Positions 22,635 through 32,822 of a DNA stretch of 64,000 bases are shown here, in pieces. Position 1 is the first letter of the stretch, and every line of letters starts with the position of its first letter. The position numbers and the translations under genes were made by a program. The stretch is from an uncultured Candidatus Rokubacteria bacterium (GTDB lineage Bacteria > Methylomirabilota > Methylomirabilia > Rokubacteriales > CSP1-6): positions 1 through 64,000 of the forward strand of contig CAVWFS010000016.1 in NCBI GenBank assembly GCA_963754315.1. The letters run 5' to 3'. Under the pieces are notes generated by a model, which had not been told where the DNA came from, ran no database searches, and saw nothing but the letters and a program-made list of their open reading frames with translations.

Positions 22635-23729
22635 CTAGATGCGCATAGGCATTATAACACAACAGTACCCATCGTCCTCGCCGCTTTTGATCACCCCGGG
22701 GCTCAAGCCATCCTTGAACTCAAAGGTCACCAGATCCTTCTCGATCGGTGAGATTGCGTCTTGCAGGTAGCGGGAGTTGAATCCGATGCTGACCTCCTCT
22801 CCCCCGTAGTCCACTTCGAGACCTTCCTCGGCGTCGCCCAGTTCCTGGCTGGAGGCAGACAGCTTCAGCAAGGCTGGACTCAATGTGAGTTTGACGGGCT
22901 TGTTGCGTTCTTCGGCAATGACGGCCACGCGTCGGAGGGCCGCCTGCAGGGCCGATCTGGACACCTGGAGGCGTCCAGGATGCCCTTTGGGCAGCACGGC
23001 GTCATAATTCGGAAACTGACCCTCGATCAGGCGCGCCGTCATCACAAAGTTCGACATCTCGAGGACGAACTGGTTTTCGGTGATGGCGATCTGGACGTCT
23101 TCTCCGCTCCCCAGCACGCGCATCAGCTCCGCCACCGCCTTGCGCGGCACGATGCCCGTTACCGACCCTGCGCCGGTGGCGAGGGAGCGCACCGAGATAG
23201 CCAGACGATGACCATCGGTCGCCACCAGACGCAGCTGCTTGCCCTGCAAGGAGAAGAGCACGCCGTTCAGGGCGTACCGGTTCTCGTCGTGGGAGATGGC
23301 GAAGCTGGTTTGCTGGAGCATCTCCCGCAAGGTACGCGCCTCGATGGGGATCCAGCTTGACGGGGCAGCCGGGACCACGGGCGGAAAGTCGTCGGGAGCG
23401 AGCCCCACCAGCCGATAGCTCACCCCTCCACACCTGAGACTCACCGTCGCGTTGTCGCCCACCTTCATGGTGAGTGCGGCCGCCGGGAGCTCCTTGACGA
23501 TCTCGGCGAGCTTGCGGGCTCCCACGGTCACCGCCCCCTGCGTCGCGACCCGCGCTGGGACTGATACCCGAGCTCCGACCTCGAGGTCGGTGGCCGTCAC
23601 GCGGACCCGTTCGTCTTCGGTCTGGAGCAGGACGTTGGCGAGGATGGGGAGCGTCTGGCGAGGCTCGACGATGTTTTGGACCATCTGCACGCCTCGGAGA
23701 AACGCATCGCGCTCAAGGACGACTTCCAT
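22635..23729 (-). CDS. dnaN: DNA polymerase III beta sliding clamp
   Basis: PILANVL, ATDLE, ATDGHRL, LIEGQFPNY, C-terminal IMPMRI. Confidence 0.97.
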   Translation of the reverse strand: MEVVLERDAFLRGVQMVQNIVEPRQTLPILANVLLQTEDERVRVTATDLEVGARVSVPARVATQGAVTVGARKLAEIVKELPAAALTMKVGDNATVSLRCGGVSYRLVGLAPDDFPPVVPAAPSSWIPIEARTLREMLQQTSFAISHDENRYALNGVLFSLQGKQLRLVATDGHRLAISVRSLATGAGSVTGIVPRKAVAELMRVLGSGEDVQIAITENQFVLEMSNFVMTARLIEGQFPNYDAVLPKGHPGRLQVSRSALQAALRRVAVIAEERNKPVKLTLSPALLKLSASSQELGDAEEGLEVDYGGEEVSIGFNSRYLQDAISPIEKDLVTFEFKDGLSPGVIKSGEDDGYCCVIMPMRI

Positions 23730-23891
23730 AAGACTCTCCCAATCTGGATGGAGAAAAGAAGAAGTACCGTCGTAGTCGTAACCGTCGGAGTGGTGGATCG
23801 TGGGGACGTTGCGCAAGCGCTGGGAAAGGCATGCGATCTTCTCAGAACAAAATGGGGATTGGGTGGGGGCAGCGTGGTGGCCGACCGTGGA
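23730..23891. other. Candidate oriC unwinding part in the dnaA-dnaN spacer
   Basis: Trinucleotide-periodic run AAGAAGAAGTACCGTCGTAGTCGTAAC (DnaA-trio-like) next to weak GTGGAT/GTGGGG box-like words; no perfect DnaA box. Confidence 0.35.
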
Positions 23892-25220
23892 TCACTGTGC
23901 CATGCCCTGGATAAGCCCATCGATGCTCTTGCGTAACTTGGGATCTTCCTCGAGCAGACGGCGGATCTTGTCCACCGCATGCAGCACCGTCGTGTGATCC
24001 TTGCCACCAAAGGCGCGGCCGATCTCGGCCAGCGACGCATGCGTGAGCTGGCGGGCCAGATACATAGCCACCTGGCGCGGGAAGGCCACCGTCTTCGTGC
24101 GCGACTTGGCCTTCAGCTCGGATACCTTGATGTCGAAGAAATCGCCGACCCGACGCTGGATCTGCTCGATGGTGATGACCTTGTCCTCGTCGCCCCAAAG
24201 GTCGGCCAGGACTTCTTGGGCGAGATCCGTTCCCATCTCGCGCCCGGTCAGGGAGCAGAAGGCGATCATACGAGTCAGGGAGCCCTCGAGCTCACGGATG
24301 TTCGACTTCACGCGCCCGGCGATCATGTAGGCCACATCGTCGCCGAGGCGCACTCGTTCCAGGGCCGCCTTCTTCTTCAGGATGGCCACGCGCGTCTCGA
24401 AATCCGGGACCTGGATATCGGCGATGAGTCCCCACTCGAAGCGCGAGCGCAGACGCTCGTCGATGTCGGGAATGTCCTTCGGCGAGCAGTCGCTGGAGAC
24501 GACGATTTGCTTGCGGGACTCGTAGAGGTCGTTGAAGGTGTGGAAGAACTCTTCTTGCGTTCGCTCCTTGCCAGAGATGAACTGGATGTCGTCAATGAGG
24601 AGGAGGTCGATGGTCCGGTAGCGGCCGCGGAACTCTGCGGTGCGGTCATAGCGTATGGCATTGATCAGCTCGTTGGTGAATCGCTCGGTGGAGACGTAGG
24701 CCACCGTCATGCCGGCGAACAACTTGGCCGTCTGGTGACCAACCGCGTGGAGCAGGTGTGTCTTGCCAAGGCCAACCCCACCGTAGATGAAGAGCGGATT
24801 GTAGGCCCGCGAGGGCAACTCGGCTACGGCCTGGCTGGCCGCCTGGGCGAACTGGTTCCCGGAGCCCACCACGAATGTTTCGAACGTGTAACGCGGGTTC
24901 AGGGTCTCGATGGTGGTGTGGGCACGGGAGGCGTAAGCGACCGGAACGTGGGGAGGGTCGGGCTCCTCGGCCTCGCCCGAACCGTCGATGACGACGGAGA
25001 CCCGCGGTTGGCCCCCCACACACTCGGCGGCGGCAGCCTCGAGAGCCGGCAGATACCGCTGTAGCAGCCAGTCGCGGGAGAAGCGATTCGGCGCGCCGAT
25101 CCTCAGGTGATCGCCTTCAAGGGCGAGCAACCTGCACGGGCGAACCCAAGAATCCACGACAGCGGCGGGGATCTTGTTGGATACGGAATCGACGAGACGC
25201 TCCCAAAGGCTGGCGAGCAT
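23892..25220 (-). CDS. dnaA: Chromosomal replication initiator DnaA
   Basis: YNPLFIYGGVGLGKTHL, LLIDDIQF, QEEFFHTFN, RLRSRFEWGL, FGGKDHTTVLHA. Confidence 0.98.
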   Translation of the reverse strand: MLASLWERLVDSVSNKIPAAVVDSWVRPCRLLALEGDHLRIGAPNRFSRDWLLQRYLPALEAAAAECVGGQPRVSVVIDGSGEAEEPDPPHVPVAYASRAHTTIETLNPRYTFETFVVGSGNQFAQAASQAVAELPSRAYNPLFIYGGVGLGKTHLLHAVGHQTAKLFAGMTVAYVSTERFTNELINAIRYDRTAEFRGRYRTIDLLLIDDIQFISGKERTQEEFFHTFNDLYESRKQIVVSSDCSPKDIPDIDERLRSRFEWGLIADIQVPDFETRVAILKKKAALERVRLGDDVAYMIAGRVKSNIRELEGSLTRMIAFCSLTGREMGTDLAQEVLADLWGDEDKVITIEQIQRRVGDFFDIKVSELKAKSRTKTVAFPRQVAMYLARQLTHASLAEIGRAFGGKDHTTVLHAVDKIRRLLEEDPKLRKSIDGLIQGMAQ

Positions 25221-25235
25221 AGGCGGAACCCCCAC

Positions 25236-25267
25236 TTACACACACAGTTATCCACAGATGTGGATAA
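25236..25267. promoter_or_regulatory. DnaA box cluster upstream of dnaA (oriC part and/or autoregulation)
   Basis: Perfect TTATCCACA at 25248-25256, perfect inverted TGTGGATAA at 25259-25267, near-match TTACACACA at 25236-25244. Confidence 0.85.
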
Positions 25268-25398
25268 CTGCGATAGCCGGGCGACGAGGACATATACAAA
25301 CTGGTTGAGTAACGAAGCCGCAACGTATCACAGTGGTAAACGGCGCCGCAAGGATGATCGCGTGGGGCCTGACGCGACCGCGAAGCGACCCGCCACGG

Positions 25399-25427
25399 TT
25401 GACTTGCTCGGGGCCGATGCCTACACT
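25399..25427 (+). promoter_or_regulatory. Sigma70-type promoter for the rpmH operon
   Basis: TTGACT-17 nt-TACACT. Confidence 0.65.
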
Positions 25428-25459
25428 GGACCGGCTCGACGAAAGGATATTTCACCTCG

Positions 25460-25594
25460 ATGAAGCGAACGTTCCAGCCGAATGTCCGCCGTAGAAAGAA
25501 GACCCACGGATTCCGGAGCCGCATGGCCACCAAGGGGGGTCGCAAGGTTCTCAAGCGGCGGCGGGCGAAGGGTCGCAAACGGCTGACCGTCTAG
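25460..25594 (+). CDS. rpmH: 50S ribosomal protein L34 (absent from the ORF track)
   Basis: Translated by hand: [44 protein letters not shown]. Confidence 0.97.
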   Translation: MKRTFQPNVRRRKKTHGFRSRMATKGGRKVLKRRRAKGRKRLTV

Positions 25595-25620
25595 CGGGAT
25601 CGTTTCCCCGACGCGAGCGG

Positions 25621-25950
25621 TTGACCAGCGGCGCCGATTTCCAGGCGCTGTTCCGGAGCGGCAAACGGATCGATCGGCCTCTGATGGTTGTGCTCTGGCG
25701 TCCTGACGAGTCCCGCGGAGTGCGGCGCGCCGGGTTCACGGTAAGTCGTCAGGTGCGTGGGGCCGTGGCGCGTAACCGGGTCAAGCGCCGGTTGCGCGAG
25801 GCGTACCGGGAGACGCGGGGTGAGGCGCCGGCCGCCGTGGCAGTGGTAGTCATCGGCCGGCCCGCGGCGTCGAGCGCCCCCATGACAACACTGATCGGAG
25901 AGATGCGAAAGGCATTGGCTACCATTCCAGGTTCACGGGCGGCTCGATGA
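25621..25950 (+). CDS. rnpA: Ribonuclease P protein component
   Basis: RAGFTVSRQVRGAVARNRVKRRLRE (RNR motif); family-like FPRRERL lies in frame upstream of the TTG, so the true start may be ~25591. Confidence 0.92.
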   Translation: MTSGADFQALFRSGKRIDRPLMVVLWRPDESRGVRRAGFTVSRQVRGAVARNRVKRRLREAYRETRGEAPAAVAVVVIGRPAASSAPMTTLIGEMRKALATIPGSRAAR

Positions 25951-26180
25951 TCGCGCGCCTCGTGGTCACCCTACTCGCCGGCTACAAGCTCTTGATCTCT
26001 CCCTTCGTGCCGCCCTGTTGCCGCTTTGCGCCGACATGCTCCGAGTACGCCAGGCTCGCGCTGATGGAGCACGGACTGCTGCGCGGGGCGGGGCTCGTGC
26101 TCCTGCGGCTCGCGCGATGCCATCCCTTCCATCCCGGCGGGTATGATCCTCCTCCTCCCGCGCGCGGCCGGCTCGCCTGA
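25947..26180 (+). CDS. yidD: Membrane protein insertion efficiency factor
   Basis: ISPF..CRFAPTCSEYA..RCHPFHPGGYDP. Confidence 0.93.
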   Translation: MIARLVVTLLAGYKLLISPFVPPCCRFAPTCSEYARLALMEHGLLRGAGLVLLRLARCHPFHPGGYDPPPPARGRLA

Positions 26181-26182
26181 CG

Positions 26183-27891
26183 ATGGAAAGCCGCGCCATC
26201 TTGGCGGCCCTCCTCATGGCCGCGCTGTTAATCGTTTACCAGATGTATTTCCTGGGACCCGGGGAACCGCCCAAGCCCCCGCCAAAGGAGCCCCAAGCTC
26301 AGGCCCCGACCCGGCGGCTCCGGCCGCACCCACGGCGCCCGCCACACCGCCGCCTGAGGACAAGCCCGCACCCCGATCTCCCCGGCCTCCGCAACGCCTG
26401 GCAACGGTGGAGAGCCCCCGCTACACCGCGGTCGTCAGCAGTGAGGGGGGAAGCTGCAGGAGTTCAACCTCAGGTACCGGGGTGACAAGCCGATGGTGCT
26501 CGTCGGCGCGCTCGGCCCGACGGGGCTGGCCCTCGAGATGGCGGGCGAGCGCGAGGTCGTTGCCATGGAATTCGCCACCGAGAGGCTCACCCTCGGCCCG
26601 GAGCGGCCCACGGCGGACCTGATTCTGAGGGGCGAGGACCGAGGCCTTCGGGTCATCCAGACCCAGCGTTTCGACGCCAACAGTTACGCGATCGGAGTGG
26701 GATTGCGCATCGAAAATCCCGGTCAGACCACCCGGACTGTTGGGGTTAGCCTCCCCTGGGTGGCACGCGCAGAACTGGCAGGGCGAGTCCGAGAGGTTCC
26801 TGGGTCAGCACCCGACCGAGGTGCTCTGGCAAGTAAACGGGCATATCCAGCGGATCGAGGACCTCACGGCGGTGGGGCAGCACACCGTGAACGGTCAATG
26901 GATCGGGATGGGGAGTATCTGGTATCTGACGGCCCTTGTGCCCAAGACCCCTGGGTTCCAGCTCCGGGCGATCGCCGAGCCCCCGCGGAAGAACGGCCAG
27001 GGGCCTCCCGCGAAGACCATGATCGCCACGATAGCGACCCCGACGATTGCTCCCGGCCAGGCCTGGGAAGGTCAGGTCTTGATGTACGTGGGCCCGAAGG
27101 AACTCGATCGGCTGGAGGCGCTCGGCCTCGAGGGGTCGATCAACTTCGGGGGCTTCCCGGTGCCACGCCAATGGGGTGGGCTGCCGATGGAGTGGCTGGG
27201 CATGCCCATTCTGCGGCTCATGAACTGGGTTCACGACCGCCTGGTGCCCAACTACGGGGTAGCGATCATCATCCTGACCCTGATCTCGAAGATTCTCTTC
27301 TTCCCGCTCACGGTGATGAGCATGCGCTCCATGAAGGCCATGCAGGCGCTGGGGCCGCAGATGAACGCGCTGCGTAACAAGTACAAGAGTGACCCCCAGC
27401 GCATGCAGCGCGAGACGATGGCGCTCTACCGCGAGCACAAGGTCAACCCGCTTGGCGGCTGTCTCCCCATGGTGGCGCAGGTGCCGATCTTTTACGCCCT
27501 CTACCTGGCGCTGTCCGTCTCCGTCGATTTGCAGAACGCGCCGTTTCTGTGTTTCGGACGCGCGCCGTCGTGGCTGCCATTGCTGGGCGGCCAGCCGCTG
27601 TGGGTCTGCGACCTCGCCGGTCCCGATCCGACCTACATCCTGCCCCTGCTCATGGGTGTCTCGATGTTCGTGCAGCAGAAGATGACGCCGGTGATGGGCG
27701 ATCCGCGCCAGGCCAAGATGATGCTGATGATGCCCTTCATATTCACGTTCTTCTTCTTCAACGTCGCCTCGGGGCTGGTGCTGTACTGGTTCTTCTCCAA
27801 TGTCCTGCAAATCCTCCAGCAGATGTACATGAACCGGCCGGAAAGCCCGAAAGGCGCCGGGCGAGAGGTGAAGCACGCCGCCCGGGCGTGA
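26183..27891 (+). CDS. yidC: Membrane protein insertase YidC (several indels, ~26325, ~26455, ~26765)
   Basis: N-terminal TM, periplasmic domain split across frames, NYGVAIIILT, SMKAMQ, NPLGGCLP, DPTYILP, GLVLYW. Confidence 0.92.
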
Positions 27892-29256
27892 TCCGTCCGC
27901 CCCCCAGGACACGATTGCGGCGGTGGCCACCGCCGCCGGCGAAAGCGCCGTGGCGATCGTTCGTATCAGCGGTCCGGAGGCCATCCGGATCGTCGCTCCC
28001 CTGGTCCGTTCCGCGGGATCTCTCCTGCGGGCGCGCTCTCATCAGATGCGGCGGGTTACGCTCGTCGACCCGCGCAGTCGCCTGACGATCGACGAAGCGC
28101 TCTGTACCGTGATGCGGGCGCCGCGATCGTACACCGGTGAGGACACGGTCGAACTGTCCTGTCACGGCAGCCCCGCCCTCGTCCGGTTGATTCTCGAACG
28201 GCTTCTCGAGCAGGGGGCGCGCATGGCGGATCCGGGCGAGTTCACGCGACGGGCGTTTTTGAACGGGCGCATCGACCTGGCCCAGGCCGAAGCAGTTGCC
28301 CTCATGATCAGCGCCCGAAGTGAGCGAGGCGTCGCGCTCGCAGCCCGAGGCATCGGCGGTGAACTCTCGAGGCGTCTGCACGGCCTGCGCTCTCGCCTGC
28401 TTGACGTCGTGGCGAGCCTGGAGGTGACGCTCGATTTTCCCGACGACACGCTCGGAGGCGGACGAACCACAAATAGCCAATGAAATCAGAGAGATATACT
28501 CTGATGCGCAACGGCTTCTGGCCTCGGCCCACCTGGGATTTCGAGCCCACACTGGGCTCACCATAGCGATAGTCGGCCCGCCGAACGCAGGCAAATCCAG
28601 CCTGTTCAATGCCATCCTTGGACGTGAGCGCGCGATCGTGACGCCAGAGGCCGGCACGACCCGTGATGTCGTCGAGGGAGCGATCGCCATAGCCGGAGTA
28701 CCGGTCAGGCTCCTGGATACCGCGGGGCTTGGAGAGCCACGTGACCACATCGACGCGGAAGGGATGCGCCGTGCGCAAGACGCGATCCAGGAGGGCGATC
28801 TGCTCCTGGTCGTTCTCGACGGGAGCGCTCCGCTGGACCGCGAAGCCTTGCAGGTCCTGGAGCAGACCCAAGAGCGGGAGCGACTCGTCGTCCTCTCCAA
28901 GCGCGATCTCGGAAGCCAGAGCCATCCCGCCTCCCTTGACGGCGCCATCCGGACATCGGTGAAGACCGAGAACGGGCTCGAGGAGCTACACACCAGGTTG
29001 GGCGAGGAGGTCAAGGCGAGAGCAGGTTCCGACGGCGACGAAGGGGGACTGGTGGCCTCGCTACGCCAACTCGAACTGTTGAAGGCGCTGAGCCGAGCGA
29101 TTCGAGACGGCCACGAGTGCTTGGCCTCCCAGCCCATCGAGATCGCGCTGGTGGACCTTCGCGAGGCCCTGGAAGCCATCTCCATGCTCGCTCGGCCTGG
29201 AAGTTGGCGACTCGGTGCTCGACACCGTGTTCGCAAAGTTCTGCGTCGGTAAGTGA
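27888..29256 (+). CDS. mnmE: tRNA modification GTPase MnmE (indels ~27900, ~28460, ~29195)
   Basis: DTIAAVAT, PRSYTGED, GEFTRRAFLNG, GPPNAGKSSL, GTTRD, DTAG, terminal FAKFCVGK*. Confidence 0.93.
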
Positions 29257-29892
29257 CGAGGGCCCTTTCAGACCTCCTCGCTCCGGCAGCAGCAATCCTC
29301 GGGCGCCCGTTGAGCCAATCCGAGCTGGAGTCAACTCATAAATATCTGGAAATATTGATAGAATGGAACAGAGTTCACCGGCTTGTGGGCGTGGGTGACC
29401 GCAAGTGGCTGGTGGACAACATCGTGCTCGACAGCTTCCTGTTTCTGAAGGTGCTCCCTGCCACGCCGTCGAGGGTGCTCGACGTGGGCTCTGGGGCTGG
29501 CGTTCCTGGAGTACCACTGAAGATCGTTCGGCCAGAGGTCGAGCTGGTCATGGTTGAAGCGCGCCGAAAGCGGGCATCATTTCTGGCGGCCGCGATTCGA
29601 ACCCTGGAGTTCAGCGGCGCCAAGGCCGTTCATGCCCGAATTGAGGAGATAACAACACGCGAGCATGGTGTCTTCGATGTCATCGTTGCTCGCTGTACTG
29701 CCAGGCCGACCCGATTTTTCAGCACCGTGGAGCGGCTGTTGTCGGCTGACGGATTGGCTGTCGTCTCGGGACCCCCACGGGTGGGTGGCGCCGGCGAAAA
29801 CTTTACGTGGACGCAGGTCTTGAATCCTGTTACTGGGCTGCCGCGGAATTTCGCGATCCGGCGACCGCGGCTCGTCGACCCCTGCGGGATGA
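29253..29892 (+). CDS. rsmG: 16S rRNA m7G527 methyltransferase RsmG (GidB); 3' end uncertain, frame runs into parA
   Basis: EWNRVHRL, LDS, LDVGSGAGVPG, EARRKRASFL; position between mnmE and parA. Confidence 0.85.
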
Positions 29893-29896
29893 GGGG

Positions 29897-29912
29897 TGTT
29901 CCACGTGGAACA
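29897..29912. promoter_or_regulatory. parS site 1
   Basis: Perfect palindrome TGTTCCACGTGGAACA. Confidence 0.93.
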
Positions 29913-29973
29913 GGTAGACCCATCCGATTTGTGTATGTGGTCTGCCGGCGCCTCGGTATATGCTGTCTTGAGC

Positions 29974-29989
29974 CGTTCCACGTGGAACA
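29974..29989. promoter_or_regulatory. parS site 2
   Basis: CGTTCCACGTGGAACA, just upstream of the parA ATG. Confidence 0.9.
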
Positions 29990-29999
29990 GGGGTGTGAA

Positions 30000-30764
30000 A
30001 TGGCTGCTGTCGTCGCAGTTGTCAATCAAAAGGGTGGAGTCGGGAAGACGACAACAGCCGTCAATTTAGCTGCCGGACTTGCCCTGGCTGGGAAGACAGC
30101 ACTTCTTGTCGATCTGGACCCACAGGGTAACGCCACGACCGGGTTCGGGATCGATAAGGAAGGCCTCTACCCCACTGCCTACCATGTGCTACTTGGAGGC
30201 GAGCCGGTCGGAAAGGCCCTCCATGCGACAGGGATCCTTGGCCTGTCGGTTATACCTGCGGATATCGACCTCGTAGGAGCGGAGATCGAGCTAGTCGGGG
30301 TAGATAGGCGCGAGTTCGTCCTCCGTGGGGTACTCAGCGGCATCCTGTCAGAGTTCGAGTTCGTGATTGTCGACTGCCCGCCATCCCTGGGGCTCCTCAC
30401 GCTCAATGCCCTGACGGCCTCTCATAAGGTATTGATCCCGCTACAGTGTGAGTTTTACGCCCTGGAGGGCCTCTCACATTTGATCAGGACCGTGACACGA
30501 GTCCGGGAACGGCTCAACCCGAACCTCGAGGTCCTCGGGATCCTCCTGACCATGTTCGATGGTCGGACTAGCCTGGCCTTGCAGATCAGGGACGAGGTGA
30601 ACCGGTACTTCCCGGGGCAGATATTCGACACCGTGATTCCGAGGAGCGTCCGTGTGACTGAAGCCCCGAGCCACGGTAAGCCGGTAATGCTCTACGACCT
30701 ACGGTCAACCGGATCTATAGCCTATCTCGACCTTGCACGGGAGGTGTTGATGCATGGTTCCTAA
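30000..30764 (+). CDS. parA: Chromosome partitioning ATPase ParA/Soj
   Basis: NQKGGVGKTTT, DLDPQGNAT, DCPPSLGLLT, QCEFYALEG, EAPSHG. Confidence 0.95.
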   Translation: MAAVVAVVNQKGGVGKTTTAVNLAAGLALAGKTALLVDLDPQGNATTGFGIDKEGLYPTAYHVLLGGEPVGKALHATGILGLSVIPADIDLVGAEIELVGVDRREFVLRGVLSGILSEFEFVIVDCPPSLGLLTLNALTASHKVLIPLQCEFYALEGLSHLIRTVTRVRERLNPNLEVLGILLTMFDGRTSLALQIRDEVNRYFPGQIFDTVIPRSVRVTEAPSHGKPVMLYDLRSTGSIAYLDLAREVLMHGS

Positions 30765-31596
30765 GCGCGGGCTCGGTCGCGGCCTTGGTGCGCTCCTGTC
30801 CTCTTCCCCTGAGGAGGGAGACGCGCTCCTCGACGTCCCCCTCGACGAGATCAGTCCGAACCCGAACCAGCCACGCCGGAACTTTGAGCCACTCGGGCTG
30901 GACGAACTGGCTGCGTCGATTCGGTCGTCGGGTGTGTTGCAGCCAGTGATAGCACGAAAGACGCATCACGGATACGAGCTGATCGCTGGAGAGCGTCGTT
31001 GGCGAGCGGCAAAGCAGGCTGGACTCGATCGCATTCCAGTGATCGTTCGCGAGGCCACTGATGCCCAAAGCCTCGAGCTAGCGCTCGTCGAAAACCTACT
31101 ACGCGAGGACCTCAACCCAATTGAGGAGGCCCAGGCTTACCAACGACTGCTCGCCGACTTCGGGTGGTCTCAGGAGGAGCTCTCCCAGAAGATAGGTAAG
31201 GATCGCGCTTCTGTGTCTAACACATTGAGATTGCTGAGACTTCCTGACGTCATTCAGGACGGACCTCAGGGCCGGGCGACTCATGATGGGGCATGCGAGA
31301 GCCCTGCTGGCGCTGACCTCCCGTCTGAGCAACTCAAACTCCGTGATGAGATCCTCAAGCATTCCTGGTCTGTGCGGGCAACGGAGGAAGGCGTCAATCT
31401 GCGGCGGACGGTCAAGTCGCCGCGTCGTCGTCGTTCAATCGAGCTCTCGGCGCTCGAAGAAACCCTGCAACGGGCGTTGATGACGCGAGTCAAGATCGTC
31501 GGTAGCGACCGAAAGGGAAAGATAGAGATCACCTACGCGACCCCGGACGAACTCGAGCGTCTCTCTGCAACCCTCACGATCAAGCCAATCATGTGA
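30754..31596 (+). CDS. parB: Chromosome partitioning protein ParB/Spo0J (compensating indels ~31260-31320)
   Basis: RGLGRGLGALL, NPNQPR, GERRWRA, ENLLREDLNPIEEA, HTH; conserved MGHARALL appears in a neighbouring frame. Confidence 0.93.
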   Translation: MVPKRGLGRGLGALLSSSPEEGDALLDVPLDEISPNPNQPRRNFEPLGLDELAASIRSSGVLQPVIARKTHHGYELIAGERRWRAAKQAGLDRIPVIVREATDAQSLELALVENLLREDLNPIEEAQAYQRLLADFGWSQEELSQKIGKDRASVSNTLRLLRLPDVIQDGPQGRATHDGACESPAGADLPSEQLKLRDEILKHSWSVRATEEGVNLRRTVKSPRRRRSIELSALEETLQRALMTRVKIVGSDRKGKIEITYATPDELERLSATLTIKPIM

Positions 31597-32753
31597 AGAA
31601 GTTCTCAAGCTATACTGCGGACACAGTGAGGAGGGTCGAAGGGCACCGAGCGCCCGTAGCCGAGCGCATCGTAGTCGGCATGAGCGGAGGCGTCGACTCG
31701 TCGGTGGCCGCCGCCCTGCTGGTCGAGCAGGGCCACGACGTGGTGGGCGTGACCTTGCGCGTCTGGCCCTGGAAGGAACCCGACGAGCCGACGAAGCGCT
31801 TCGGGTCCTGCTGCTCGTTCGAGACGGCCGACGGCGCACGGCAGGTCGCCAGCCGCCTGGGCATCCCGTACTACCTCCTCAACGCGGAGGCGGAATTCGC
31901 GCGCACCGTGATCGACCGCTTCGCCGAAGAGTATCACCGTGGAAGAACTCCAGTTCCCTGTGTATCTTGCAACAAGGATCTAAAGTTCGGGTCGCTCCTA
32001 CGGCGGGCGGGGGCGTGGGGTGCCGCCGCTGTGGCCACCGGCCACTACGCCCGGATCACCCGCGACGAGTCAACTGGTCGCTATCTCCTCTGGCGGGGAT
32101 GCGACCACCGAAAGGACCAGTCAGACTTTCTCTGGCCCCTCACGCAGGAACAGCTCGGCGCCGCGCGATTCCCCATCGGTCACCTGACCAAGGCCGAGGT
32201 GCGCGACCATGCGCGGCGGCTCGGCCTCGCGACGGCGGAGACGCCGGAGAGTCAGGAGATCTGCTTCATCCCCGACGACGATTACCGAGGCTTCTTGCGC
32301 CGGCGCCGGCCCGACGCTTTCCGGCCCGGGCCCATCGTCGACGGCGCCGGGGTCCCGCTTGGATCTCACGGCGGCGTCGCGAACTACACCATCGGGCAGA
32401 AGAAAGGGCTCGGGCTGGCAACGGGCCAGGCACTATACGTGGTGGACCTCGATCCGGACACGAACGAGGTTAGGGTGGGGCCCTCCACCGACCTCGAGCA
32501 GGTTCGCCTGTGGGCTACCGCGGTGAACTTCATCGCGTGCGATCCGCCCGGCGAGCCGATCGAGGTGGAAGCCCGAATCCGCCACAACCATCAGCCGGCG
32601 GCGGCCACCGTCCGCATGGTCGAGGCCGGCACGGCCGAGGTCGTGTTCAGGGAGCCCCAGCGCGCGATCACACCGGGGCAATCGGTGGTCTGGTACCGCG
32701 GCGATTGCGTGGTTGGCGGGGGGGTCATCGCGCGCGTGCCCCGAGCCCGTTGA
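31593..32753 (+). CDS. mnmA: tRNA 2-thiouridylase MnmA (start uncertain)
   Basis: MSGGVDSSVAA, TPVPCVSCN, ATGHYA, KDQS, ESQEICF, AITPGQS. Confidence 0.95.
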   Translation: MKKFSSYTADTVRRVEGHRAPVAERIVVGMSGGVDSSVAAALLVEQGHDVVGVTLRVWPWKEPDEPTKRFGSCCSFETADGARQVASRLGIPYYLLNAEAEFARTVIDRFAEEYHRGRTPVPCVSCNKDLKFGSLLRRAGAWGAAAVATGHYARITRDESTGRYLLWRGCDHRKDQSDFLWPLTQEQLGAARFPIGHLTKAEVRDHARRLGLATAETPESQEICFIPDDDYRGFLRRRRPDAFRPGPIVDGAGVPLGSHGGVANYTIGQKKGLGLATGQALYVVDLDPDTNEVRVGPSTDLEQVRLWATAVNFIACDPPGEPIEVEARIRHNHQPAAATVRMVEAGTAEVVFREPQRAITPGQSVVWYRGDCVVGGGVIARVPRAR

Positions 32754-32779
32754 CTCGGGCAGGCCCTGAGTGATATTTT
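32750..32779 (+). promoter_or_regulatory. Candidate sigma70 promoter of the atp operon
   Basis: TTGACT ... TG-A-TATTTT (extended -10). Confidence 0.4.
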
Positions 32780-32822
32780 TCACAAACCTCGTCGCGATCG
32801 AACGAGACCGGGAGACCCCGTC

